From positions 5,829 through 69,828 of the forward strand of contig CAVUKT010000050.1 in the NCBI GenBank assembly GCA_963742055.1: 64,000 bases of DNA, written 5' to 3'. Of the stretch, positions 35,098 through 45,373 are shown piece by piece. A program made the position numbers and the translations under genes. Numbering within the stretch: the stretch's first letter is position 1; every line of letters begins with the position of its first letter. Origin of the DNA: an uncultured Actinomycetes bacterium (GTDB lineage: Bacteria > Actinomycetota > Actinomycetes > Streptosporangiales > Streptosporangiaceae). Below the pieces are notes generated by a model, which did not search any database, had not been told where the DNA came from, and was given only the letters and a program-made list of their open reading frames with translations.

Positions 35098-36017
35098 GTG
35101 GCGACCTCGGACGCCGCGCTCCGCCAGCTGCTGCACGGGCTGCCCGGCGTGGACCAGGTGGGCGCGGCGCAGCGCGCCGCCACCCTGGCCACCCGGTCCA
35201 TCAAGCGGGACGCCAAGCTGTGGGCGCTGGACACCGCGGTCGCGATGGTCGACCTGACCACGCTGGAGGGCGCGGACACCCCGGGCAAGGTCCGCGGGCT
35301 GTGCGCCAAGGCCCGCCAGCCCGACCCGGCCGACCACGCGGTGCCGCCCGTCGCCGCCGTATGCGTGTATCCCGACCTGGTCGCCGTGGCCCGCGCCGGA
35401 AGCTGGCCGGCAGCGGCGTGAAGGTCGCCTCGGTGGCCACCGCGTTCCCGTCCGGCCGCGCCTCGCTGGCGGTCAAGCTGGCCGACGTGGCCGACGCGGT
35501 CGCGGCGGGCGCCGACGAGGTTGACATGGTCATCGACCGGGGGGCGTTCCTGGCCGGCCGGTACGGGCAGGTCGCCGAGGAGATCCGGGCGGTCCGCGAG
35601 GCCTGCGGCCCGGCCCACCTCAAGGTCATCCTGGAGACCGGGGAGCTGGCCACCCTGGACAACGTGGCCCGGGCCTCCTGGCTGGCCATGCTGTCCGGGG
35701 CGGACTTCATCAAGACCTCGACCGGCAAGGTGTCGCCGGCCGCGACCCCGCCGGTCACCCTGGTCATGCTGGGCGCCGTGGCCGACTTCGCGGCGGCCAC
35801 CGGCCGCCGGGTCGGGGTGAAGGTGGCCGGCGGGGTGCGCACCGCCAAGGACGCGGTCCGCTACCTGGTCCTGGTCAAGGAGACGGCCGGGCCGGAATGG
35901 CTCACCCCGGCGCTGTTCCGGATCGGGGCCTCCAGCCTGCTCAACGACCTGCTCATGCAGCGCCGCAAGCAGCTCACCGGCGTCTACCCCAGCCCCGACT
36001 ACTTCTCCCTCGACTGA
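35098..36017 (+). pseudogene. deoC: Deoxyribose-phosphate aldolase, frame change near 35400
   Basis: MVDLTTLEGADTPGKV, AAVCVYP, EVDMVIDRG, LKVILETGEL, FIKTSTGK (Schiff-base Lys), VKVAGGVRT. Confidence 0.9.
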
Positions 36018-36036
36018 CGCGCCCGGCCCGCCCCCG

Positions 36037-36057
36037 CCTCGGGCGCCGGGCCCGAGG
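36037..36057 (+). terminator. GC hairpin 20 nt after the deoC stop
   Basis: cctcgggc (36037-36044), loop gccgg, gcccgagg (36050-36057). No U-tract, as is common in high-GC actinomycetes. Confidence 0.45.
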
Positions 36058-36068
36058 TGAGGCGTTAT

Positions 36069-36110
36069 CTGTTCGGATTGGCCCCCGGATTCGGGAGCAG
36101 ATCCGAACAG
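36069..36110. terminator. 10-bp perfect inverted repeat between convergent deoC and the wHTH gene (possible bidirectional terminator)
   Basis: ctgttcggat (36069-36078) and atccgaacag (36101-36110), 22-nt spacer, in a locally AT-richer patch. Confidence 0.45.
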
Positions 36111-36129
36111 TTGATGCTTTGCGGCGCGG

Positions 36130-37328
36130 TCAGCTGCCGTCGGGGTAGCCGCCGCGGTGCGAGTCACCATCGGGTAGTGGGGGAGCGCCCCGGCCGGGTC
36201 GGCGATCATGGCCTGGGTCAGCCGCCGGTAGGGCGGGTGCGCCCGCCAGCCGTCCGGGTAGGGCACCAGCCCGGCCGCGATGAGCGGCCTGGGGTCCGCC
36301 CGGCGTCCGGCGTGGGGTCGTCGCGGAGCCCGCCCGATCCGCTCGGCGTACAGCGCCCGCAGCGCCCCGGCCAGCCCGTCGATGACGCCGTCCCCGGACC
36401 GCGCCCGCCAGCCGTCCACGACGCCGCCCGCCGGCTGGTGGTACGCGGCCTGGGCCTGCTCGCCGCGCGGCGTGAGGCTCACGTGCTTGCCCCGGCCGCC
36501 CGCCGGGTCCGGCCCGCTCACCGCGTAACCCCCCGTTCCAGCCGGCCCACGGACACGCTGACCGCCTCCCGGGACACCCCGGCCCGGCGCGGCACGTCCG
36601 CCAGCGCGACGCCGCCGGCGCTGAGGACCCGCAGCGCGTTGGCGCTGACCGGGAGGGACAGCGCCGAGTCCGCGCTCGAACTCGGCGCGGAAGCTCATCA
36701 GCGCCCGGGACAGCAGGGTGGGCAGTCCGGGTCGGCCACCCGGTGCTCCGGCGAGACCGAAGGCAGTTCCTGGCCCGGCGGCGCGACGGCAGGCGGGTTC
36801 GGGCCCTCCCGTAGCATGGGCCCCGGAGACCGGCAGGAACGCCGGCCACGCGTCACCGGACGGCCCGGCCACGGTCGCGCAGCGCCTCGCTGAGCTGGCC
36901 GATCACCGCGCGCGCCGAACCGGTCCCGCCAGCGCTCCTCGATCACGCCGGCCAGCGGCTCGCAGATGTCCTGGGCCAGGCGGCCCCACCGGGTGGGCCG
37001 GACGATCGCGTCCCGGCGGGGCGGGGCCGGCCGGCCGTCGCGCCGGGATCGGGCCCGACCCGTCACGTACCCCCAGCGCTCCAGGCCCGGGCAGGTTGGT
37101 CAGCGGGACCAGGTCCGCCACGTCGCGCAGCGGCACCCCGCCCGCGGGCAGGAACCGCAGGAAGTTGGCCCACATGGCCAGCGACACCAGCCACGGGCCG
37201 CGGCCGGACTGGGCCGCCGGGCCCCAGGTCGTCCGGTGCGGGAGCTGGCGCTCCGATTCGTTGTCGAACTCGATCGTGAACGCGACGAGAGCCTGGGACA
37301 GCAGCGCCGGGACACCCAAGCTCCGCAA
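36130..37328 (-). pseudogene. Protein with two tandem MarR-like winged-helix modules, several frame changes
   Basis: Module 1: LGVPALLSQALVAFTIEFDNESERQLPHRTTWGP..GPWLVSLAMWANFLRFL..LERWGYV..IEERWRDRFG. Linker AFLPVSGAH. Module 2: LPTLLSRALMSFRAEFER..SANALRVLSAGGVALADVPRRAGVSREAVS..GYAVSGPDPAGGRGKHVSLTPRGEQA. C-terminus PYPDGWRAHPPY..LPHYPMV..HRGGYPDGS. Confidence 0.6.
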
Positions 37329-37416
37329 CGAGGACCGTCGCCCCCTGGTCCCGCCGCCTCGGTTTCCGCGGCTGGCGGGGCCGGTGCCGCCTGGGCCCGG
37401 CCCGGGTCGGCCCGGC

Positions 37417-38280
37417 CTAGGTGGCGCCGGGTCTGGCGGCCGGGGTGCGCCGCGGCTTCGCGCGATCCAGGGTGGCCCGGATCAGCAGCGCCCGCGGGCC
37501 GGGCGCCGTCCTGCCTGCCCGGGCCGTGTCAGGCAGGGGGCGGCCGTGCGCGCGGAGCACCTCGCGCAGGTCGGTGACGTCCGCGGCCCAGCCCAGCCCG
37601 GCCAGCCAGCCGACCGGGTCGTCCGGGGCCCGGGACTGCCGCAACGTCGCCAGCCGCGTGTCCGCGAACGCGTCGGCCTCCCGGGTGGTCATGGTCAGGC
37701 CCAGCCAGCTGCCCGGGGCCGAGAGGCCGGTGACCGTGGCCAGCAGCCGGTCCACGTCGGCCGGGGCGAGGTAGACGAGCAGGCCCTCGGCGATCCACGC
37801 GGTCGGCTGGGCCGGGTCCAGGCCCGCGGCCCGCAGTGCCGCTGGCCAGTCGTCGCGCAGGTCGCAGGGCACCACGAAGCGCTCGCAGCCGGGCACGGCG
37901 TGCTCGGCGGCGAGTACCTGGTCCTTGGGGCCGAGCACGTCCGGGGTGTCCACCTCGAAGCAGCGGGTGCCCGGCGGCCAGGGCAGCCGGAACGCCCGGG
38001 CGTCGAAGCCCGCGCCGAGCAGCACGACCTGGCGGCAGCCCTGCTGGCCGGCCTCGGCCAGCAGGTCGTCCAGGAACAGGGTGCGGGCCACCACCCAGAC
38101 CCGGAGGGCCACCCCCCGGCGGCCCCCGGGCGGCGAGTCCGGGTCCAGCCCGCCCGCTTCCGCGAACGTCGCGGCCAGCGGGTCGGCGAACAGGCGGTCG
38201 GGCCGGGCGGTCTCCAAGGCCCGCACGGCCGCGACGGTCAGCCCGGTGCCGCCGACGCCCTCCAGCGAGACCGTTGCGCG
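37417..38280 (-). CDS. SAM-dependent methyltransferase of the TIGR00027 / leucine-carboxyl-methyltransferase-like family; start codon not identifiable
   Basis: SLEGVGGTGLTVAAVRALETARPDRLFADPLA, VVLLGAGFDARAF, CFEVDTPDVL, WIAEGLLVYL. The conserved N-terminal segment lies upstream of the first in-frame start (GTG 38226). Confidence 0.7.
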   Translation of the reverse strand, partial: RATVSLEGVGGTGLTVAAVRALETARPDRLFADPLAATFAEAGGLDPDSPPGGRRGVALRVWVVARTLFLDDLLAEAGQQGCRQVVLLGAGFDARAFRLPWPPGTRCFEVDTPDVLGPKDQVLAAEHAVPGCERFVVPCDLRDDWPAALRAAGLDPAQPTAWIAEGLLVYLAPADVDRLLATVTGLSAPGSWLGLTMTTREADAFADTRLATLRQSRAPDDPVGWLAGLGWAADVTDLREVLRAHGRPLPDTARAGRTAPGPRALLIRATLDRAKPRRTPAARPGAT

Positions 38281-39300
38281 GGGCGGGGGCGCCGGGGTCC
38301 CGCCCGCGGCCGGGGCCGCCCGGAAAGCCCGGGCCGCCTGGGCCGCGAAACGTTCCGCGAGCTCGCGGTCGGCTGGCCAGTTCCGCGACCGTCTCGGCCA
38401 GCCCCTTCCGGCCGGCCAGGACCATCCAGCACGCCAGGATCAGCGGGCGGGCCCAGATCGCGCCAGCCAGCCGCCCGATCTCGTCGTCCCCGGGCGTGAG
38501 GTGCTCGCGGTAGCCGGCCACCACCGCGTCCAGCCGGGACGGCCCGCGCGCAGCCGGCCGCCCAGAGCAGGAAGGCCAGCGGGTACAGCCGCGGGCCGCG
38601 GCCGGCTCCGGTCCAGTCCACCAGGACCAGGCCGTCGTCCGGGGTGAGGATCGCATTGGCCGGCACGAAGTCGGGGTGGATCAGCGCCTGCGGCAGGTCC
38701 GCGCAGCCGTCCGCCCGGTCCAGTTCGGCCAGCAACGCCGCCAGCAGCGGCCGCTGGTCCGCGGGCAGGCCGGGTGCCGACGCCTCCAGCCGGGACCGGG
38801 CCGCCGCGATCTCCGCGGCCGGGGAGCCCTGATGGACCAGGTGATGCCAGCCGCCGCCCGTCCGCGGGCGTGGTCGCGCGGGCAGCAGGTGCAGCCGGCC
38901 GAGCAGGCCACCCAGCTGGCCGAAGGTCCGCCCGGCTGCCGTCCGCCCGGGTGCCCGCCACGTACCGGGTGACCAGGACGCCCTGTCCCTCATGCGCGAA
39001 GACCGGCTCCTGCGCCGCGCACCGCTCGGCGGGGAACTCCTGCTGCTCGAGGCGCCGGAGCAGGGCCGCGTCACCCTCAGCGGCCGCCAGGGGCCGGTCC
39101 GCCGCGAAGACCCGGGCGACCCAGTCCGGGCCGTCCCGGCGGCCGACGCGGTACACGCCGAGATCGAGCTCGGTCAGCTGGGCTACCTGTATCCCGTAGC
39201 GCGCTTCCAGCTGGGCGGGCAGCGTGTCCTGCCCTGACCTGGGCGGGATCATCCGGCTGGAGAACGGCTCGGCCACGTGGGCCACTGTAGAGGAGCCCAC
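38238..39300 (-). pseudogene. Aminoglycoside-phosphotransferase (APH/choline-kinase) family kinase, at least 3 frame changes; 3-prime boundary with the methyltransferase unresolved
   Basis: LDLGVYRVGRRDGPDWVARVF. Catalytic loop LIHPDFVPANAIL (HxDxxxxN). Mg loop LVLVDWTGAGRG. Tail LDAVVAGYREHLTPGDDEIGRLAGAIWARPLILACW. Confidence 0.7.
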
Positions 39301-39376
39301 TAGCCGAGCCCAGGACCCGGGCCACGGATGGCCCGGCGACGGGCTCTAGGAGCCAGGCCGGCGCTACGATGCGCGG

Positions 39377-39865
39377 GTGGGCAGCGCTGATCCGGCAAAG
39401 GCGCCGGACCCGGGAGCCATTGTCGTCTCCGAAAGCCGGTCGCAGATCGGCATCCTGTTCGGGTTCCTGTCCCTGGCTTTCGCCGTGGCCCTGGCCCGGG
39501 GCGTGACCGGTGCGCAGAGCACGCCGGGGCGGGCCGCCGTCGCGGTGATCTTCGGCATCCTCGTGCTGGTCTGCGTGCGGGCCTGGATCATGATGATCCG
39601 CCGTCCCGCACGCCTGGAGATCGCCGGGGACGTCATCAGGTACGTGCCGCGCAATGGCCCGGTGTCGACCCTGTCGCGCCAGCAGGGAGATGAGCTTCGC
39701 TTCGTGAAGCGGCGGCGGGGACCCCGGATCTGGACCCTCGAGCTCACCATCGCGGGCTCGGGCACCGGCATCGTCCTGGGCTTCTTCTCCCGTAACGCGG
39801 TGCGGCAGGCCTGCCTGGCCCGCGGCTGGCGCTTCGATGCCCAGATCGGCCGCGGCCGGGCGTAG
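39377..39865 (+). CDS. Two-TM membrane protein with a C-terminal bacterial-PH-like domain (hypothetical)
   Basis: IGILFGFLSLAFAVALA and AAVAVIFGILVLVCVRAWIMMI, followed by RPARLEIAGDVIRYVPRNGPVSTL..ELRFVKRRRGPRIWTLELT. Intact ORF. Confidence 0.5.
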   Translation: MGSADPAKAPDPGAIVVSESRSQIGILFGFLSLAFAVALARGVTGAQSTPGRAAVAVIFGILVLVCVRAWIMMIRRPARLEIAGDVIRYVPRNGPVSTLSRQQGDELRFVKRRRGPRIWTLELTIAGSGTGIVLGFFSRNAVRQACLARGWRFDAQIGRGRA

Positions 39866-39878
39866 CGGCCGCCCCGGG

Positions 39879-40698
39879 TCATCCGCCTCGCCGAGCAGTT
39901 CGACGACGTTCAGCGAGCTCAGTGAGGGCCGCCAGTCTCCCTCGCCGAGGGCCCGCGCCGTCTCCTGCTCGATAGCCGGCCAGCACCAGCTGCACAGCCT
40001 CATCGCGGGCTGGCGCGGCCTCCCGCTGGACCTCGATCGTGACCGAGGAACCGAACCGGACGTCATGCTCGAAGAAGCCGGCCGTCAGCCGGAACCGCCG
40101 GGCCGGCCCGGCGGCCTGCGGCGGCTCGAGCGAGCCCGTGCGCTCCGCGTACTCGCCGGGGGTCTCCTGGCGGCTGGTGAACGTGTAGCCGAGGAACTCA
40201 TCCAGCGTCTGGACGTGGCCGGAAGCCAGCCGCCAGGGCCACGGGCCTGTTCCCTGCAGCACCAGGCTCAGCAGCCCGGCGAACACCGTCTCCTCGGCGG
40301 CGGTGCGGTCGGCTGGCCTGGGCCGGGTCAGGCGGGTCGGCGAACTGGCGGTGCCCGGTGAACTGGAAGCTGAGGCTCAGCCGCGGCGGATCCGCGTCGG
40401 CCTCCAGAGCCCAGATCCCGATCTGGGTCACGGACGGGCCCGGGGCCACCTGCCAGTTCTTCCGGACCGGATGCATCAGCCAGTGCGCGGCCTCCGGCTC
40501 GGCCATGGCCGTCAGGGCCGTGTCGTCACCGTCCACGGCCAGCACCCAGGCGGCGACGGCCAGCCGCGCCGCGTGGGTGACGTGCCCGGCGTCGAGCCGG
40601 TCATCGTGGCTTCCCGCGCTCCGCATCGTCTCGGCCACCGCCGGACTGACCTCCAGGCTGGCCGCCCCGACCAGCGCGGCAATCTCACTCTCGCTCAT
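39879..40698 (-). pseudogene. Hypothetical cytoplasmic protein, one frame change near 40290
   Basis: ATG 40698: MSESEIAALVGAASLEVSPAVAETMRSAG..HWLMHPVRKNWQVAPGPSVTQIGIWALEADADPPRLSLSFQFTG. Then ORF 39879-40286: LLSLVLQGTGPWPWRLASGHVQTLDEF..RRFRLTAGFFEHDVRFGSSVTIEV. No family recognised. Confidence 0.4.
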
Positions 40699-40809
40699 CG
40701 CGCCCACGGTAGCCGCGCTCGCGCGCGGTAACCGCGCGGATGCCGCGTTCACGCTTGCTGCAGCGACATGATTGCCACACCCGCGCGGGCGCGGGTAGGA
40801 AGGACAAGC

Positions 40810-41859
40810 ATGAGCGCGGCAACGGATGGCTACATCGACCTTCGCTCGGACACCGTGACCAGGCCCACGCCGGAGATGCGCCGGGCCATGGCCGACGCCG
40901 AGGTCGGCGACGACTGGTACGGCGACGACCCGACCGTCAACCGGCTGCAGGAGGCCGCGGCCGGGCTGACCGGCCACGAGGCCGCGCTGTACCTGCCCAC
41001 CGGCACCCTCTGCAACCAGATCGCGCTGCACGCCTACGTCCGGTCCGGCGGGTTCGTGGCCTGCGAGGCCACCGCCCACGTGGGCGGGACCGAGGCGGCG
41101 TCGGCCGCGGCGCTGTCCGGGATCGCCTTCCGCCTGATCCCGGCGCCGCGCGGGCTGCTGTCCGCGGAGCAGGTCGCGGCGGCTCTGGAGCCCGATCCCT
41201 ACGACGTTGACGCACGTCGGCCTGGTCGCGGTCGAGAACACCCACCAGCGGGGTGGCGGGTCGGTCCTGCCGGTCGCGGACCTGGCCGCCATCGCCAAGA
41301 TCTGCGCCAGCCGGGACACCCCCCTCTACCTGGACGGCGCCCGCATCTTCAACGCGGCCGTGGTGGCCGGAACGACCGTGGCCGAGTACACCCGGCACGT
41401 GGACGCGCTGATGTTCTGCCTGTCCAAGGGGCTGGGCGCACCGATCGGGTCGTTGCTGGCCGGGAACCGTGAGTTCATCGCGGGAAGCACGCCGGCTGAA
41501 GATCCTGTTCGGCGGGGCCTGGCGGCAGGCCGGGATCATGGCCGCGGCCGGCCTGATCGCGCTGCGGGACGGCCCGGGCCGGCTGGCCGAGGATCACGCG
41601 AACGCCCGGCGGCTGGCCGAGGGCGTGGCCGAGATCGTGCCGGGAGGCGTGGATCCGGCCAGCGTCCAGACCAACATGGTGTTCGTGGACGTGGCCGGGA
41701 CGGGCTGGCCGCGCGCTGGAATGGATGCGGCGGCTGGGCGCGGCCGGGCTGCGGGTCACGGTGGTGCCGGGGCGGGTGCGGATGCTCACCCACGCCGATG
41801 TGACCGCGCGGGACATCGAGACGGCGCTGGCCGCCTGGCGCCGCGCCGCCGTCACCTGA
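40810..41859 (+). pseudogene. ltaE: Low-specificity L-threonine aldolase, frame changes near 41205, 41470 and 41720
   Basis: [72 protein letters not shown] (PLP lysine), [15 protein letters not shown]. Confidence 0.85.
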
Positions 41860-41892
41860 AAGCTCCAGCCGCCTGAAAGGGGAAGCGTTCTC

Positions 41893-42674
41893 ATGATCGC
41901 TATCGCGCAGGTCAGCGACATGCACCTGGACGGCAGCCCGGAGCGAGCCCGCCGGGCCCGCGCGGTGATGGACCGCCTGCGCGGCGGGCGCGCGCCGCTC
42001 GACGCGGTCCTGGTCACCGGGGACATCGCTGACCACGGCCGCCCTAGCGAGTACGCAGGAAGCGCGCACGATCTTGTCCGCGCCGTGCCCGGTGCTGTTC
42101 TTGCCGGGAAACCACGACGAGCGGGACGCCTTCCGCCGCGGGCTGCTCAGCGGCCGGGTCGCGGGCGCGCCTGGCGGACCCGGCGGCCCGGAGGCGCCGC
42201 TCAACCAGGTGCACCGCGTGGCCGGGGCCGTCCTGGCGCTGTGCGACTCCGTGATCCCCGGCCAGGACGGCGGGTACCTGGCCGACGAGACCCTCGACTG
42301 GCTCGACGCGGTGCTCGGCGACGATCCCGGCGCGCCCGCGCTCGTCTGCCTGCACCACTACCCCGTGCCGCTGCACACCGAGGCTCGCCGACACGATCCG
42401 GCTGGCCGGGGAGGACCGTCTGGCCGCGGTGATCAGCCGGCATCCCCAGGTGGTGGCCGTCTTGTGCGGGCACGCCCACACCGCGGCGGCCACCACCTTC
42501 GCCGGCCGGCCCCTGCTGATCGCCCCGGGCGTACTGTCCACCGGCGTGACCCCCTGGGACGTGAGTGCCACCGCCGACTATGCGGCGCCCCCGGCCGTGG
42601 CGTACCACATCCTCGGCGACGACGGCCGCCTCACCACTCACTACCGCCCCGTTGACCTGGCGGCGAGTGGTTAG
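41893..42674 (+). pseudogene. Calcineurin-like metallophosphoesterase (CpdA-type), frame changes near 42060 and 42400
   Basis: IAQVSDMHLDG, VLVTGDIADHG, VLFLPGNHDERD, LVCLHHYP, VAVLCGHAHT. Confidence 0.75.
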
Positions 42675-43111
42675 CGGGCGGGCAGGGTGAGGGTCTGGGC
42701 GGCCCGGGCGTGCCCGGGGCGCTTGCCGGTGAAGATCCAGGTCACCCTGGTGAAGTAGCGGTGCCCGGCGTGCCCGGGCCACGCCATCGGCCGCCACAGC
42801 ACGGTCAGCACCGGGTACTTGATGTACTTGCCCTGGGCGCAGGTCGGCGTGCAGTTGTCGACCTTGAGCACGCCGTTGCCGTACGCGGTGCCGCGCCAGG
42901 TCTGCCAGTGCAGCGTGGCCAGCATCTCGTTGGCCGTGCAGCCGATGTCGTAGCCGCCCGGCCGGACCTGGCCCTGGCCGGCGCAGTTGACCATCACGAC
43001 CGCGGTGGACACGGCGGACGCCGGGGCCACCGCCACCGCCGTCGCCGCGACTGTGCCGGACACCGCCAGCAGCCCGGCAGCCATGGTGATCCGCATGCGA
43101 GTAAGCCTCAT
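42671..43111 (-). CDS. Small secreted protein with four cysteines (hypothetical)
   Basis: Signal-like MRLTRMRITMAAGLLAVSGTVAATAVAVAPASA. Mature part has VNCAGQG..DIGCTANE..DNCTPTCAQG. Intact ORF. Confidence 0.5.
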   Translation of the reverse strand: MRLTRMRITMAAGLLAVSGTVAATAVAVAPASAVSTAVVMVNCAGQGQVRPGGYDIGCTANEMLATLHWQTWRGTAYGNGVLKVDNCTPTCAQGKYIKYPVLTVLWRPMAWPGHAGHRYFTRVTWIFTGKRPGHARAAQTLTLPAR

Positions 43112-43314
43112 CAGGTGCTCCTTCCAGCAGGGGCTGGACCCCCCTCGTCATCTGCTAAGACGCCGGACCTGAAGATTGGCTGAAAACTATTGGTCACAGT
43201 TGTGCATCGGCGCGGCCGGTAACGGCGCCGGTCTGCCTATTACGGGCGGCCAGGAACCGGTCGGCCGGCCCGGTCAGGCGACCCGGAAGCCGGCCCGGTC
43301 AGGCGGGAACCCGG

Positions 43315-43878
43315 TCAGGCGCCGGGGAGCCCCCGGGAAGCCGGCTCGGCCTCCGGGAACGCCCGGTCCGTCCAGATGCTCACCGGCGCACCCGGTCGTG
43401 ACCGCGCGTCCAGGCGGGCCGGCCGAACCGGCGGTGCCAGGGCGCCGGGCGCGAGCAGCGCGGCCGGCTGCCGGGCCGGGCGGGGCCAGGGGCCGGGCGG
43501 GGCGGCAGGGCCGGGCGGGGCCGCCGGGCCCGGCGACGGTAGCTGGCCGGGCGCGTTCACCCCGGCGCGGTCCGTCGCCGGGTGCACGGAAAGCCCGGCC
43601 GTTTCGGTCAGGAACTGCCACCCGCCCGCGTGGTCGCCATTCGGGTAAATGGCGGTCCGTACCGTGGAGATGAGCTTGGCCACCGCGAGTTCCAGGTTCT
43701 CGTGGCTGATGGTCATCGAGGCGGTGACCCAGCCCTGGGCGAGTGAGGAGGTCAGGTCCACGTCCTCGATCGCCGGGTCGGTGGCCTCGATCTCGGCCAG
43801 CGCGTAGGCGAGCGCGTCGAAGCGGGAGCCGTCGAGGGGGCCGCCACCCTGGACCCTCATCTCGCCGTAGAACTTCAT
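43315..43878 (-). CDS. Hypothetical protein: about 105-aa globular N-terminus plus Pro/Ala-rich tail (tail frame uncertain)
   Basis: ATG 43878: MKFYGEMRVQGGGPLDGSRFDALAYALAEIEATDPAIEDVDLTSSLAQGWVTASMTISHENLELAVAKLISTVRTAIYP. No family recognised. Confidence 0.4.
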   Translation of the reverse strand: MKFYGEMRVQGGGPLDGSRFDALAYALAEIEATDPAIEDVDLTSSLAQGWVTASMTISHENLELAVAKLISTVRTAIYPNGDHAGGWQFLTETAGLSVHPATDRAGVNAPGQLPSPGPAAPPGPAAPPGPWPRPARQPAALLAPGALAPPVRPARLDARSRPGAPVSIWTDRAFPEAEPASRGLPGA

Positions 43879-44133
43879 TCTGCGCCCCTTGCTCAACGGT
43901 CTTCCGGAGGATGCTAGCCCAAACCACCTGACCGTGAGTTAAGGGTGACGAAGCCGCCCGTGACCACCGCTACGCCAGGTCCCAGCCGGCCTGGCCCATC
44001 ACCGCCACCCGGGGGACCGGCGGGCGATGGCGCGGTCGCGGGTGACCAGCACGATCTTGCGGCCGCGCACGGCGGAGGTGCCGGCCTTCGCTGCGGCAGG
44101 CTTGCGGTCCAGGTCCTTGCCCGGCGTCCCGGG

Positions 44134-45010
44134 TCAGGAGATGGCCTCCAGGCGGGCCATCTCGCCGGGTGACAGGCGCAGCGCGGCGGCGGCCACGTTG
44201 GCGGCCAGGTGATCCGGGTTGCCCGTGCCGGGGATGGCCAGCACGTGCGGACCCTGCTGCAGCGTCCAGGCCAGCCGGACCTGCGCGGGCGTGACGCCGT
44301 GGGCCGCGGCGATCGCGTGCACCGCGTCGTGCTCGGTGCTCCGGCGTGCCCCTCTCGCGGCCCTGGCCCGCGATCGCGAAGAACGGCACGAACGCGACCC
44401 CCTGCTGCCCGCAGGCCCGGAGGAACTCGCGGGCCTCCGGCGGCGCGCCGACCCCGTAGCGGTTCTGCACGCACACCACGGGCGCGATGGCCTGGGCCTG
44501 GGCCAGATGCGCGGGCCGGACGCTGGACACGCCCAGGTGGCGGATGAGCCCCGCGTCCCGCAGTTCGGCCAGCACGCCGAAGTGCTCGGCGATCGAGTCG
44601 ACCGGGTAGGCGCGCAGGTTCACCAGGTCCAGGTGATCACGGCCCAGCTGGCGCAGGTTCTCCTCGACCTGGCCGCGCAGCTGGTCCGGCCGGGCCCAGC
44701 CCAGCCACTCACCCGACGGATCACGGCCCGGCCCGACCTTGGTCGCGATGACCAGGTCGTCCGGGTACGGCGCGAGCGCGGTGTTGATCAGCTCGTTGGC
44801 GGAGCGCAGCGGCGAGAAGTAGAAGGCGGCGGTGTCGATGTGGTTGACGCCGAGCTCGACCGCGCGGCGCAGCACCCGGATGGACTGGTCCCGGTCGCTC
44901 GGCGTGCCGAGGTCGAAGGCGGCGCTGCCGGTCAGCCGCATGGCGCCGAGGCCGAGGCGGTTGACGATCATGTCGCCGAGCTTCCAGGTCCCCGCGGCCG
45001 CTGCCGGCAT
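44134..45010 (-). pseudogene. Aldo/keto reductase, frame change near 44330
   Basis: VNRLGLGAMRL, VNHIDTAAFY, LVIATKVG, HLDLVNLR, IRHLGVSSV, VCVQNRY. C-terminal fragment HGVTPAQVRLAWTLQQGPHVLAIPGTGNPDHL. Confidence 0.85.
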
Positions 45011-45174
45011 CGCCTCCGAAGTCACCCCCTGAGTGTGCCATCCGGCCGGCCCGGCAGCGGTTTGCGCGCACCTTTGCTCCGCTCCGGTCACGCCGTCATT
45101 CGGTGGCGTGGTTCTGCCGTGGCCCGCGTGCCTGCTGTTACCCGTGTGCTCCCGGACCGAGTGCCCCGCGAACG

Positions 45175-45215
45175 TGATCCAACGCCGGTGTTGCTATCCA
45201 ACACCGCGTTGATCA
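45175..45215. promoter_or_regulatory. Long imperfect palindrome upstream of the AKR gene (operator candidate, or terminator of the lipoprotein gene)
   Basis: tgatccaacgccggtgttg (45175-45193), loop, ccaacaccgcgttgatca (45198-45215). 17 of 19 positions pair, with two single-base gaps. Confidence 0.4.
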
Positions 45216-45324
45216 CCAGCGCCGAGACGTCGGCACACACGGGTGCCCAGGCCCGCAGATTCAGGCGTCCGCGGACGAACCGCGACCGTGCTCACCATCA
45301 CCTGCGATTCAGTGGTGGACTGAC

Positions 45325-45368
45325 CCGCCTCCCGGCCCGGTCGCCCAGTCCCCCGGACCGGGAGGCGG
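45325..45368 (-). terminator. 11-bp GC hairpin 6 nt downstream of the lipoprotein stop
   Basis: ccgcctcccgg (45325-45335) and ccgggaggcgg (45358-45368). Confidence 0.45.
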
Positions 45369-45373
45369 AGCGA

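Noticed and set aside
34818-36872. 684-aa ORF on the minus strand, the longest in the track
   Set aside because: Only its first part (about 36130-36872) matches the wHTH protein. The rest runs antisense to deoC and add, is Arg/Pro/Gly-rich, and is the usual high-GC antisense artefact.
36718-38499. 593-aa plus-strand ORF. Similar long ORFs occur at 6926-8221(-), 44219-45541(+), 61140-62549(+) and 33257-34747(+).
   Set aside because: All are antisense or out of frame relative to genes with clear homology. They have Arg/Pro/Gly-dominated low-complexity composition and no motifs.
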